A stretch of 64,000 bases of DNA from Octopus sinensis (GCF_006345805.1 NC_043013.1:39556001-39620000), one strand, 5' to 3'. Positions 1 through 12,758 are shown, counted from the first letter of the stretch. Made by a program: numbers and translations. The notes: generated by a model not told the origin, from the sequence alone.

Positions 1-653
1 GGATAAAGGCGGCAAGCTGGCAGAATCGTTAACGTGTTTGACGATACGGTTAGCGGTATTTCTTCCGACTCTTTTACATTCAAAGTTCAAATCCTGCCGA
101 GGTTGACTTTACCTATCATCCTTTCAGAATCGACAAAATAAGTACCAGTTAAATACTGGGCTCAATGTAATCGCTTTATTACGCCCCTAAAACCGTTGAC
201 CTTTTACCAAAATTTGAAAGATTGTAAATACTGCGCGGGCATTAATCCGTTTCCATTAAATCACAATAAACTATAAGAGAACACAAAATAGTGCATCTCA
301 CATAATCCCTTGAATGGGAAGGATCGTTTGCACGTCGGACAAAATGCTTTGCGGAATTTCTTCTGGTGCTTTACATTCTGAGGTCAAATTGTGTTGGGGT
401 TGTCAAGTTGTGTTGGGGTCAAATACAGACATAAAGACGCACACACATAGGTATATACACATACATATACACATATACGAGGGGCTTCTTTCAGTTTCCC
501 TCTGCCAAATCCACTCACAAAGATTTGGTCAGTCCGACACTTGCCCAGGTTATCACGCCATGAGACTAAACCCTGAAACAAGTGGTTGGGAAGTAAGCTT
601 CTTACCGCATAGTCAGACCTGCATATACATGTACGATTTTTTTTTCTTCAAAG

Positions 654-783
654 GGCCAGTCGATGATTTATATCATGTTAAACAAAGCTATCGGTGAGAA
701 GATCCATGTTAAAGTAAGTGAAATTGAAGAAACAATACCAGCCCAACAGGTGACCGCCAATATTTTCTCTGCTGAAATGCCGG
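654..783 (+). CDS. Exon A (130 nt, phase 0 to 1) of a multi-exon gene; N-terminal half of an IPT/TIG-like DBB-type domain
   Basis: Acceptor ttttttttcttcaaag and donor g|gtaagt. Open frame GQSMIYIMLNKAIGEKIHVKVSEIEETIPAQQVTANIFSAEMP, whose pattern resembles BCAP/BANK1/Dof DBB and ARHGEF28/AKAP13 N-terminal domains from memory. The 5' exons lie outside the window. Confidence 0.8.
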
Positions 784-1109
784 GTAAGTAAATTATAGTA
801 CGTAATACGGTTTCTATTATCTTATCTATATCTTTAATCACTCCGAGTTTATGCGTCCAGGTGTAAATCCCTATGATAACAAGTCGGAGTTAGTCTCTTC
901 GATTTTAATCACCTGTACATCTGAATCTTCATTTCTGTCATTAATCTGCTGTCTTTTACTTGTTACAGTCATTTGACGGCGGTCATACTGGTGCACCACC
1001 TTGAATGGGTTTGGTCGAAACGTATCGACCTCGATGCTTTTTTTTTCAAATCTGGTACTTATTCTATCGGTCTCTTTTTGCAATATTGTCATTTTACTTA
1101 TCATTATTA

Positions 1110-1998
1110 AGGCGGCGAGCTGGCGGAAACGCTAGCACGCCGGAAAAAATGCTTAGCGGTATTTCCTCTACCGCTACGTTCTGAGTTCAAATTCAAATTC
1201 ACTTGTCTGCACGTTCTGAGTTCAAATTCCACCGAGGTCGACTTTGCCTTTCATCCATTCGGGGGCGATGAAATAAGTACCAGTTACGCACTGGGATCGA
1301 TATGATCGACTTAATCCCTTTGTCTGTCCTAGTCTGTCCTCTCTGTGTTTAGCCCCTTGAGGGTAGTAAAGAAATAGGTATTTCGCCTGCCGTTACATTG
1401 TGAGTTCTAATTCCGCCAAAGTCGACTTTGCCTTTCATCCTTTCGGGGATCAATGGAATAAGTACCAGTTACGCATTGGGGTTGATGTAATCGATTAGAC
1501 CACTTTCCTCAAAATTTTCATGGCTTTGTGCCTAAAGTATAACTAATTATTAAGGCGGCGATCCGGTAGAATCGTTAGCACGCCGAGCATAAATGTTAGC
1601 GGGATTTCGTCTGTCTGTACTTTCTGAGTTCGAATTCCGCCAAGAGAGACATTACCTTTTATCCTTTCGGGGTCGATAAATTAAGTTCCAGTTGATTACT
1701 GTAGCCGATGTCTTCGATTATCCCTCTCCCCACAAATTTCAGGCCTAGTGTCTACTATAGAAAGGATTATTATTATTGCTGCTGTTGTTATTGTTAAAGG
1801 CGACGATCTGGCACAATCGTTAGCTTGCCAGACCAAGTGCTTAGCGGCATGTCGCCCATTCTTACATTCTGAGTTCAACTTTCAGCGAGGTCGACTTTAC
1901 TTTTTATCCTTTCGAGTTGAGTGAAACACCGATGTCAATGTAATCGACTAGTCCGCTCTCCACCCCGAGTTTCAGGCCTTGTGCCTTTAATAAAAAGG

Positions 1999-2000
<2 letters not shown>
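1110..2000 (+). mobile_element. Cluster of 4-5 copies of SINE family A (ggcggcgagctggcagaatcgttagc... head). Other copies: 6-222, 3432-3580, 4195-4380 (-), 4409-4517, 31025-31225, 31760-31915, 46330-46545 (-), 50422-50625
   Basis: Recurrent ~200-270 bp sequence with gttctgagttcaaattccgccgaggtcgactttgcc core and (att)n tails. Confidence 0.85.
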
Positions 2001-2054
<54 letters not shown>

Positions 2055-2132
2055 TCTCGCTTTTACTTGTTTCATTCATTTAACTGCAGCCATGCCGGAG
2101 CACCGACTTTAGTTGAGCAAATCGATCCCAGA

Positions 2133-2167
<35 letters not shown>

Positions 2168-2296
2168 TTATTATTATTATTATTATATTATTATTATTAT
2201 TGTTGATATTATGTTTTTGAGCTCTATTTTTCTAGAAATTTAATTGTGTTCGATGTATACCATCTTTTCACACTGAATGATTTTTTTTTTATTCAG

Positions 2297-2488
2297 AAAG
2301 TCTCAGTGGGCGGAAGACACTCGGCATTCATCACGAAGGTAGTCCCGGAGCAATATTCACTGCAATGCTGACAGTGGTAACCCCAGACTTAATGATGGAC
2401 AACTTCTTGGAAAATTTGTATCTTCATACAGAAAAATACTCTTCGAGAGATAGCACGAATCTTATCTCAAAAAACAGCTTCCTCAACA
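2297..2488 (+). CDS. Exon B (192 nt, phase 1 to 1), continuation of the DBB/TIG-like domain
   Basis: Acceptor (t)n-attcag, donor a|gtatgt. Joins exon A in frame: ESLSGRKTLGIHHEGSPGAIFTAMLTVVTPDLMMDNFLENLYLHTEKYSSRDSTNLISKNSFLN, no stops. Confidence 0.8.
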
Positions 2489-3734
2489 GTATGTTGGTAG
2501 AAATAATTTTTCTGCTATGTTAAATAACTAATTTTGTTGTATCTTGGGATGTCATTATGCAAATAAACGCGCACGCCCTCACGCACTGATTTGAGACTGA
2601 TGTGGATTTAAGTGGGCATGACATTGGTGAGATAATTAATGACGATGACTTAAAGAAATTTACCTGATTGATTAAGCGACCGAACGATTAATCAAACAAT
2701 TAGTTTGCTATTTAACCAATTGACAGATTAAAAAATACATAGAAACGTGAAATAGAACCTGAGATGTGTGTTTATTATTTGCATTATGATCCTCCTCAGA
2801 TACACCCAAATATATTTCAACACACGTGTTCACATTAAGAATCTTGCAGATCAAATACAAGAACGAAATAAGTAACTGACAACACTGTGGAGCACGATTT
2901 TTGTTCTTTGGTTATAACTGTTATTTCCGATTTGCTTACCCTTAGAAAGTATGAAAAATGGCTGATATTTCCTTCAAACTTTGCTTTTGTTACATTTGTT
3001 CAAACCGCAAAGAAACCCTCTCAACACACGCCTATGATGCTCCCCCACTACTCCTGCTCATAATCAGAGATGCACATATTTTCAGCCACTAACGGACATG
3101 TTCAAGTGGTTAAGGTCAAGCAACTGGCAAGCAAATCTGTGGTACTGAGCGGAATATATGATACAACGACATATTTATTTCAGTAACTCAGCGCTGAATC
3201 TGTTCAGGTCACAAAAACAAAATTTGAAGGGAAAAGTAGTCATTTCCTTTGATTTCAAGATAGAAGCAAATAGGAAATGACACTTACTGACAAAATAGAA
3301 ATAAGATAAAAATGTTGTTATATAGTGCAATATATGAACCTTTTCATTTGATACTCATAGTACGTAGGATGCTGGTTTAATAGAATCATCAGAGCCTTAG
3401 AAAAATACCTCGAAGTAATACTTCTGGTTCTTTATTTTGAGTTCAAAATCCGCTGAGGTCACCTTTGCCTTTCATTTTCTCGGGATCAGTAAAATACAGT
3501 ACAATTTATGAACTGGGTATAATTTACCATGATTTTCTCCCCAAAGCCACCGGCCCTGTAGGTAAATTAGAATCAAATAGCATATTCGTTAAAGAGTAGG
3601 ACAAAATGCATTGCGTTTTTCTAATTTCTCTTAACACTCCAAGTTTTAATCCCAATAGGGTCACCGTAGGAATGAAACATAAGAATTACCTCAGTAGGTT
3701 TATGGCAATTTTTAGCCTATCCTCCCCTACGTGT

Positions 3735-4175
3735 TATAATGATCAATTGACTAGACATCGGAAACCGGACATTGTTGTGATGAATAAAAAAGAAAGAATA
3801 TGCAAGATAATCGACATAGCATGCGCCGGTAACAACAGGGTCAAAGAGAAAGAAGAAAAACTTAACTACGACGATTTAAAGTGGGAAATACGGAAGTTGT
3901 GGTCAGTAAGAAGAGTAGACATGATACCAATAGTAACTGGTGCACTTGGAAGTGTCAGTAGTTAACTACCGACATTACTCAAAAAGATTGGTATAAATGT
4001 AAAGATAGAACACCCAGATAAATCAGCATTGCTTGGAACTGTAAGAATTCTTCGCAGGATTCTTGAAGCGTGACCAGTAAACAAGTGTCACCTTGGTCTG
4101 TTGGCTGTGGACAGTATGTTCTTTCCATCATAATAAGCTGTGAGTTTTCAACAACAACAAATAATAATAATAATT
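3735..4175 (+). mobile_element. R4/Dong-type LINE 3' fragment (restriction-like endonuclease)
   Basis: RKPDIVVMNKKERICKIIDIACAGNNRV...IPIVTGALGSVS*..., with an (aac)n(aat)n tail. Confidence 0.8.
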
Positions 4176-4692
4176 GTTTTTTGCACAAGGCCAACAAATT
4201 TTGGGCTGGGTTTAGGTCAAATGCATCGACACCACGCTCAACTGGTACTTATTTTATCGACCCCGAAAGGGTTAAAACGAAAGTCAACCTCCGCAGAATT
4301 TGAACTCAGAATGTGAGGACGGGCGAAATGCCGATAAATATTTTGCCGAGCGTACTAACGATTCTGCCAGCTCGATGCCTTCCTTTCTGCAATAGATAGA
4401 AAGCACAAAGCGGCGAGCTGGCAGAAACGTTAGCACACTGGGCGAAATACTTAGCGATATTTCATTTGCCGCTACGTTCTGAGTTCTAATTCCGCCGAGG
4501 TCGACTTTGCCTTTCATAATAATAATAATAATAGCAATAATAATAGCAATAATAATAATAATAATAATAACATGGGTGGTTCTTTCAACTACCTTAAACA
4601 ACCCTTATTCAGGGACCTTTTGAGCAGGATGGACTACTCAACCTGAAGAAAATTCTAACTGGGCTCCACCTGCAAGGTCATGTGCTGTTTAT

Positions 4693-5250
4693 TATGCCCT
4701 GATGCAGTACCAGGCAGTGGCTCTCATGGCTTCTGATCTTAACTGATTGGAAGTGTTATCATGTACATTGTTTTGTCTTGGTATAAAAGATGGGCTACAG
4801 CAAATATTCTGCTCAATACCACAGATTTGCTTGTCAGTTGTTTGACCTTAACCAGTTGACCATGTCCCTTAGTGGCTGACGATATGTGCATCTCTGACCA
4901 TGAGCAGAAGTAGTGGGGGAGCATCATAGCCATGTGTTGAGAGGGATTCTTTGGGGTTTGAATAATTCACATTTGGAAACATGGGTGGTTCTTTCAACAT
5001 CCTTAAACAACCCTTATTCAGGGACCGTTTGAGCGGGATGGGCTACTCAACCTGAAGAAAATTATAACTGGGCCCCACCTGCAAGGTCATGTGCTGTTTA
5101 TCTTGATATGAGATCACCATGTCGCGCACATATGGTTGTGATGCATGTGCCTGGTGTACCCTTATCAGACGGGTAGTCATGATGGGTATATTGGACTTCG
5201 CATATTTTACCCCAGTGTCACTTTGATGGCATGAACTGCTCTCTCACTCA
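4693..5250 (+). mobile_element. ~560-bp non-coding retroposon family C with (AAT)n tail; partial duplicate at 4572-4690
   Basis: Matches 31960-32486 (-), 38198-38755 (-), 63525-64000 (+) and 2985-3155 (-, partial); common 3' end ctctctcactc(g/a)ataataat. Confidence 0.85.
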
Positions 5251-5407
5251 ATAATAATAAGAATAATAATAGCAATGATAATAATAATCATAATAATAGG
5301 AAAAAAAAGCAATAATAATAATATTAATAATAATAATAAAAATAATAATAATAGCAATAATAATAATAATCATAATAATAATAATAATAGTCATAATAAT
5401 AATAATG

Positions 5408-5459
<52 letters not shown>

Positions 5460-5470
5460 CAACAACAGCG
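5250..5470. repeat. (AAT)n microsatellite; many others at 1998-2052, 22685-22777, 32486-32550, 38045-38197, 38757-38940, 43380-43517, 58895-58960, 62847-62900
   Basis: Direct inspection. Confidence 0.95.
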
Positions 5471-5518
5471 ACAAAAACTTCAATAATTGTTCTTCATATG
5501 GTTTTTCTCTTTACATAG

Positions 5519-5610
5519 GTAAAATTAAGTTGGGAACCAAGTTTAATCCGTTCGGGAATCTAGACAGCAAAACAATGGGAAACTTTCTTGAAAACGTCAC
5601 CAAAATATTA
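5519..5610 (+). CDS. Exon C (92 nt, phase 1 to 0)
   Basis: Acceptor tttttctctttacatag, donor |gtaagt. SKIKLGTKFNPFGNLDSKTMGNFLENVTKIL, in frame with exon B. Confidence 0.75.
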
Positions 5611-6179
5611 GTAAGTCTTTTCTCCGTAATTTATTTTTGTATTGAAAGAAAGACTTGTAACAAGAAACATCCAGGGTGCTTCTTGCTATGTTGCATAAAA
5701 CCCAAACGGTATTGCTGATACGCAACATAAAATGGCGTGCCAAGTTCATTAATATATGTGTATGTATGGATGTATTGATGTATATCGAGAGAGAAGGGGT
5801 TGATGAACGCAATTAGGCTTCATTCGCATGAATACATACATGCATTCATAAATATCTGTGTGTGTGTGTGTGTGTGTACATGAGACTATGTATGTATATA
5901 TATATGTTGAAATGTGTATGTATATATCCTTCGAAACGTAGAGTAGATGAAACCATAGCGACTGAAGAAGGGGTTTTTTCTTTGTGTTAATTGTCCTGTA
6001 CTCCATTTTTTGTTGTTTAAAAAAAAATGCCCAGTTCCTTTGGTTTGTGTCTATGTTTTCGTTTCTCTTTGTGTTCGACGTCCCTTTGGTGCCCTGTACT
6101 CATATATGCGTGTATATGTACATGTAGAGGTAGGTACGCACATTTAATGTTTATATATATGCATTGTTTTTATTTCATT

Positions 6180-6222
6180 TATTAATATATATAATATATA
6201 TATTATATATATATATATTGTA

Positions 6223-6257
<35 letters not shown>

Positions 6258-6292
6258 TATATGTATTATATATATATATGTATATATATATG

Positions 6293-6323
<31 letters not shown>

Positions 6324-6594
6324 GTGTGGTATAGATGTATGTATGTGTATATATGTATGTGTATAGATGTATGTATGGTTAGATGTAGAGATGTATGTAT
6401 ATGTATATATGTCTGTGTATATTTATATATGTATGTGTATATGTATATATATGTCTGTATATATGTATGCATGTATATATATCTGTATATATGTATGTAT
6501 ATGTATATATAAATGTCTGTATACGTATATATAATATGTATGTATGTATATGTATGTATGTATATATGTATGTATATATATATATGTATATATG

Positions 6595-6657
<63 letters not shown>

Positions 6658-7126
6658 GTATACACACATATGTCTCTATATGTGGATTTATATGTACGTA
6701 AACTTAGATAAACCTAGAAATGTTTCGACCAAAGATTGGTCCAGGCCGTATCTAGCTTAATATCACCAGCTAAATCCTTTTTATCTAAATCCTTTTTAAG
6801 TTTTAGGGAGTTCTTGTTGAGTGAGTTATGCCCAGGTACAGGCGGCTTATCTGGTAATCCTTGAAGAAATTTGTCAAGATGCCGTTTAAAGGTTATGGGA
6901 TCCTTTTCCTCTTTGATCTGTTTTGGAACAATGTCAAAAAGGGCAGGGCCCGTTTAGGAAACAAAAAATTGTGTTGCGGTGTATTTATGTGCTGTGATCC
7001 TGAATTGAGTAGGGGACGTATCGCCCGTGGTCCTAGCCTTGGGTGAATTTGAAACATGTGTATGTAAACATATATATATGTATGTATGGATTTGTATATA
7101 TATATATATGATTGTACCTATATATG

Positions 7127-7180
<54 letters not shown>

Positions 7181-7378
7181 ATATATATAGATATATGTAT
7201 GTATATGTATGTGTTTATATGTACATATCTATGTATATGTTCTATATATATACATATATACATATATAATATCTAATATATATAATATATATGTATATAT
7301 AAATAATGAGGGAGATAAATTGAATATTAATTTAATTAATATAAATTTAAAAGCAGTAGCCTAGCATACAAAAATCTG

Positions 7379-7409
<31 letters not shown>

Positions 7410-7423
7410 AATAATATAATAAT

Positions 7424-7468
<45 letters not shown>

Positions 7469-7519
7469 TATATTTATAAATATATATATATATATATATA
7501 CTATAATATAATATATAAT

Positions 7520-7603
<84 letters not shown>

Positions 7604-7842
7604 TATAATATATAGATATACATATATCTTATCTATATATATACATATATAATATATATACATCATATATAATATATATATATATACGTATATATATAAT
7701 AATATATATATATATATATATATAATATATATATCTATATATATATACATATATATATATATTATATAATACATATATATATATACAATATATATCTATA
7801 TATATATACATATCTATAGATATATATATATATATACATATA

Positions 7843-7880
<38 letters not shown>
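6180..7880. repeat. Compound (TA)n/(TATG)n microsatellite field. Similar fields: 16400-16685, 27970-28480, 45530-45710, 46695-46900, 54460-54830 (GATA), 55530-56630, 60180-61860
   Basis: Direct inspection; source of the YIYI, MYVC and LSIY pseudo-ORFs. Confidence 0.95.
6800..6990 (-). mobile_element. LINE ORF2 C-terminal fragment (CR1/Jockey-like superfamily)
   Basis: GPALFDIVPKQIKEEKDPITFKRHLDKFLQGLPDKPPVPGHNSL. Confidence 0.65.
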
Positions 7881-7885
<5 letters not shown>

Positions 7886-7969
7886 TTTATAATAAAAGTA
7901 GATCGTATACGAGTGGGTATATATTTGTAAAATAGAAGTTTGAAAACGCCACTATATTAGATAAATTTT

Positions 7970-8016
7970 AATTTTACATGTTTCGGTTCTTGAAAAAACG
8001 AACCTTATCAAAAAAA
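7970..8016 (-). ncRNA. Minimal type I hammerhead-like motif, U3-A8 variant, Penelope-associated
   Basis: Minus strand TTGATAA-GGTTC-loop-GAACC-GAA-ACATGT-A; stem I weak; decayed second copy ~8075-8105. Confidence 0.5.
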
Positions 8017-8462
8017 TGTATAATAAAAAGTATAATGGAACAGTTCATAATCGTTATATACATTCAATAGAATCCATGTTCTTGAAAACACGAACCTTAT
8101 CAAATATATTATAAAGAGTATAATAGAAAAAATCCATAGTCGTTCTTTACTGTTTTGTCGAGTGTAGTGGAGACGTTCATTATAGATTTCTTGCTGGTAT
8201 CAAAAGGAACCGCTTTTGTGTTACCTTGTGTTCCAATTGAAGCAACAGTAGTGATTCTTGGTCGTCGTCTGTTGGTCGTAATTTTGGTAACCTTGGTGGT
8301 GGTTGGGGTTATATCAGCTAAGCTGTGGCTGTGACAGCAGCAGTAGCCGTAGTAAAGGGCTGTTGATCGTAGTAGCAACAGTGGTCGGTTCTCTGGCACT
8401 GTTCACTGACGTCACATAATTCCAAACCAATCAAAACCAAACTTCAACGAATATAAGGAAAA

Positions 8463-8768
8463 GACCCATAACTGTATCCTGTAAGGAAACCAACCAAGCA
8501 GGACGACAAGCTTGACTACAGAAGAAAAACGTCATCAATTTTTTAACGAATCAAAATCAGATCTGACACATAACTGTATCCTGTAAGGTGGCCAACCAAG
8601 CAGAACGACCAGCTTGACCACGGAAGAAAAACGTCATCAATTTTTTAACGAATCAAAATCAGATCTGACCCATAACCGTATCTTGTAAGGAAACCAACCA
8701 AGCAGAACGACAAGCTTGACCACGGAGGCAAAACGTCATCAATTTTTTAACGAATCAAAATCAGATCT
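8463..8768. repeat. Three tandem copies of a 102-bp unit
   Basis: Units start at 8463, 8565 and 8667 (gac(c/a)cataac(t/c)gtatc...aatcaaaatcagatct). Confidence 0.9.
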
Positions 8769-8984
8769 GCTTGCAGTGAAAAAATCTTTTTATAAATTCA
8801 TCTTTCCCTAAGACATACCACTGCCAGCGGGAGTGACTGTTTAAGGATCTGAGAAATTGTAATTCCCCCCACCTCCACTATTTTAATTCTCTCACTGTGG
8901 CTGTAGCAGCAGTAGTAGCAGTAGGGGGCTGTTGATCGTAGCAGCAAAGATACCTCGACGACTGTTTTATCCTCTGGGATAAAA

Positions 8985-9400
8985 GTATAGAGAAACTTGA
9001 GGAATTTAAAATACTATTAAATGGAATAAATGATAATATACAATTCACGATGGATCATAACGAAGAAGAATTACCATTTTTAGACATCCTCATTAAGAAA
9101 ACCGGCAACAAAATAGAGACAGATATCTATTATAAACCGACAGACTCCAAACAGTACCTACCCTTGATTCATGCCACCCACGACACACTAGAATAAATGT
9201 CCCTTTTTGTTTAGCTAGAAGGATTTGCACCATAATATCAGACACAAACAACCACCGACACACACATCTCCAGGAACTTAGAACCACACTCATAAATAGA
9301 AACTATCCACAGCCCCTAATAGACAGTGCAATCCAACGGGCACTTAAATTAGTATAGAAGACCTGAGACAAACAAAACCAAAAAAGAAAGAACAATTAAA
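8985..9400 (+). mobile_element. Penelope-like element, reverse transcriptase C-terminal fragment (frameshifted)
   Basis: KILLNGINDNIQFTMDHNEEELPFLDILIKKTGNKIETDIYYKPTDSKQYLP / DSCHPRHTRINVPFCLARRICTIISD...RNYPQPLIDSAI, typical PLE RT/thumb motifs. Confidence 0.85.
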
Positions 9401-9489
9401 AACCCAGGTATCGGTTTATTCGAATTATCATTAAGATAATTCATTCAACTACTCAAATATATATAATATATATATATATATATTATATA

Positions 9490-9521
<32 letters not shown>

Positions 9522-9869
9522 TATGCATTTATACATATATATATATATGTATTATATGTTGTATATATATACAAATATATATGTGTGTGTGTGTGTGTAT
9601 TTGTGTGCATGTACTTATGTGAGAAATGTTGAGTTTAGTTTCATCCATTTGCTTTGGGTGGTGGTGTCCAAAGTTAGATTTCTAATAAACATCCTTCATA
9701 TTAAATTAACTTACTATTGTCTTTACAACGAGACTGAACACTACCTGAGCACTTTTGGGTCAATAGTTTCGGTTTCTATTTTATTTTCTGTTTTGTTTTC
9801 TTTTTTTTTTCGGTTATTTTTTGCTGACCTCGCTGCAAATTAAAATATTCTTTGTTATATATTTTATAG

Positions 9870-9882
9870 GGTCCCGCTATAT
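9870..9882 (+). CDS. Microexon 1 (13 nt, phase 0 to 1)
   Basis: tttgttatatattttatag|ggtcccgctatat|gtaagt; encodes GPAI and matches the phases of both neighbours. Confidence 0.5.
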
Positions 9883-10854
9883 GTAAGTAAACCTTCTATA
9901 TTATAATATATTAACATTAGAGCAAATTAACGCTTCAAGTTAATTCATATTTTTTTCTCATATACACTTTAGAAGCAATTAGTCATATATCATACCTTTT
10001 CTGCATTTCGTTGGCGTAGAAAATGAAACAGATCAAATGTTGAACTCTACAAGCATAATTATACAGTAAATTTCTAAATTTCAACTTATGGTTTACATTA
10101 ATTAACAAAGAGCGCTGTTCATCTGGTCTGTATATATTAACAAATACATCAACTAACATATATACAACAGCTACATTAACTAACAGATATATTGACAAAC
10201 AGATATATAACAGATATATTAACTAACAGAAAGTGTTGATCATCTCATCTATAAACCATAGGATTAAATACTCAACGACAGTATTTTCGCCTGTTTCTAT
10301 TCTTGTTTGAAATGGATATCATTATCAACTATGTCATTACGCTACCACAACTGGTCAACGTCAATGAGAGTATACGTACGTGTGTGAAGTTGAAAGCCAC
10401 AGTGTTGCACTTAATGTAATTTTGCAAATCAGCTCCCCTTTCTAGGGAGAAAATCATTGGCGATGCGAATTTTTTCTCTCTCATTCTCTCTCTCATTCTT
10501 TTTCATTATATATATATGCATACATATACAGAGAGAGAGAGATAGAGAGAGAGAAAGAGAGAGAGAGAAAGAGAGAGAGAGAAAGGGAGAGAGAGAGAAA
10601 GAGAGAGAGAGAAAGAGAGAGAGAGAAAGGGAGAGAGAGAGAAAGAGAGAGAGAGAGTGAGAGAAAGCAAGAAAGAGAGAGAGAGAGAGAGTAAGTGTGT
10701 ATGTGTCCCTGTAACCTAACAGCGCGGCCATCCAGACCGATAGAATAAGTATTGGAGCCGATTTATTTGATTAAATGTTCTTCAAGGTAGTGCCCCAGAA
10801 TGACCGCAGTCTAATAACTGAAGCAAGTGAAAGATAAAAGAAATATATATACAT

Positions 10855-11750
10855 CTCATGGGTGGGTGATTTCAACTTGTCCAACAGGGGATGGCCTGAT
10901 AGGCTTTTCCTCACGGGAATGACGAGATATGAAGAAAGACATGCGGAATCCCTGCTTAACCTCACCTACAAGTTATACATGGAGCAAGGAATACTCAAAC
11001 CAACACAATATGCTTGATCTATCCTTCACAAATGATATGGATCTCATCCATAATGTGAAAGAGACACCGACGCTAGTCTCGGATCACAATATAATAGAGC
11101 TGAATATGTATAGACGAAAGAAACCCGCAGACAGGCAGCCAACGAAAAGCACCTAAAATCTACCCAATCTGAACATCTCTAAAGCAAACTGGAAATCAAT
11201 CGAGAAAGAGATCATCAAACAAACTGGCCCCAATGTCTCTCTACACCTAATATCGACATGAAATTCAAAGATTTCATGTCAGTAATACAAGCTATATACT
11301 ACAAGATTGTCCCAGAGGGAAGGGCCACTGCATATCAGAAAATAGATTCCAAGAAACAAAAAAAAATCTTGAGACGGCGTACAAAGTTTCAAAAGTCCCG
11401 CCAGGAAATAACACTGCTACAGATTGAGAAACATCTGAAATGTTTCTATGAAAAGAAAGGGCAAACCAAGGACCCTAGCTTATAAAAAAATATCAAATCA
11501 AACCCTAAAGTCTTCTTTAAGTATACCAAAGAAATTGCCTCCATGCAGTGAAAGGTAGGGCCACTATTCCAAGAAGATTGTTCCCTCACATGAAAACCTA
11601 ATGAGGATAAGTAAAACACTGAACGAAGAATTCAAAAGAGTTTTCATCCCATCCATACGGCACATGCAAATCGGCAAACCTTTAAAGAACTATACAACCA
11701 CAGATGTCAAAAGGGAGAAGTAAGCAGTTGATTACATCAACATCAAAGAG
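10855..11750 (+). mobile_element. Degenerate LINE with apurinic-endonuclease domain fragment
   Basis: GDFN motif; NMLDLSFTNDMDLIHNVKETPTLVSDHNIIEL; IKSNPKVFFKY; several stops and frameshifts. Confidence 0.7.
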
Positions 11751-12705
11751 AAATTTTTTCTAGCACAAGATCCAAATTTTGAAATAAGTGCAAACGTTTC
11801 TAATACTGTAACAAATGATTCTGGGTGTAACCGAAAAAATTATAGACAGTGAAAAAAAGCTTCTTTTAATTAAACAAATCTAGACTTGTTTTTTTCTTAC
11901 AAAGAAATCGACAATTCCGTCTACGAGTCCTTGTGAATCGGCTATCGTATCTACGAGTGATGGTGTGCGCGTGTCTAGTGCGAGTGAAAGTGATTCAGAA
12001 AGCGATTATAATTATATTTTTTTATTATAAATAATCTTCACATTCTTTCTACTTTACAGAAAGTATTCTTTACATTCTTCTGTTGGTTTATTGCCCTTTA
12101 TTGACGAATATTAACAATTTTATAAGTAAAATATGTTTTTTTTGGAAAGAAATTACGAGTTATAACATTGCTTTACTTCACGAGCGGTCTCCGGGAACAA
12201 AGTAACTCGTATATTGAGACATCACTGTATATATATATATTATATATATACAGTGATGTCTCAATATACGAGTTACTTTGTTCCCGGAGACCGCTCAGTG
12301 ATGTCTCAATATACGAGTTACTTTGTTCCCGGAGACCGCTCGTGAAGTAAGACAAATTTTTTTCATGTTTGTTGCACACACACGTCTTTGCTAGTATATA
12401 CGCAGTGAAGCTATACAATAGCGTCGTTTTTATTACGATCGGTGTTTTCCAGTAAATATCGGTACTTCGTTGTACCATTTATTTACTTTTATATATATAT
12501 ATATATAATGTTATGTATGCATCTATCTATATATGGATCAAAACAGTTTCATTCAAATCCCGTGCTACTTAAAGTTTCAAAGCATAAGATAATGGTATCC
12601 TCAGCCGTTAGAAATTTGATTTTAAGTACCATGGAATTTCAGACAAATTATTCTGATCCATCCATGTAACTCCCAATGAATGTGTTGGGTGCCACTCACT
12701 CGTAA

Positions 12706-12758
<53 letters not shown>

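Noticed and set aside
714-719. Internal GTAAGT donor within exon A
   Set aside because: Use would delete much of the predicted domain and change phase relative to exon B; the frame stays open to the 783 donor.
6237-7811. Numerous 60-200 aa ORFs such as [22 protein letters not shown], poly-N/I/Y (also at 16.4, 28, 45.5, 46.7, 54.5-56.7 and 61.3-61.9 kb)
   Set aside because: Translations of stop-free microsatellites; no splice or domain support.
8109-8399. 96-aa minus-strand ORF MPENRPLLL...
   Set aside because: Low complexity, within the Penelope-associated repeat region, no recognisable homology or splice context.
8463-8768. Regular repeat that could be mistaken for a CRISPR array or hammerhead tandem
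   Set aside because: No unique spacers, eukaryotic context, no cas genes, and no CUGANGA plus GAAA core on either strand.
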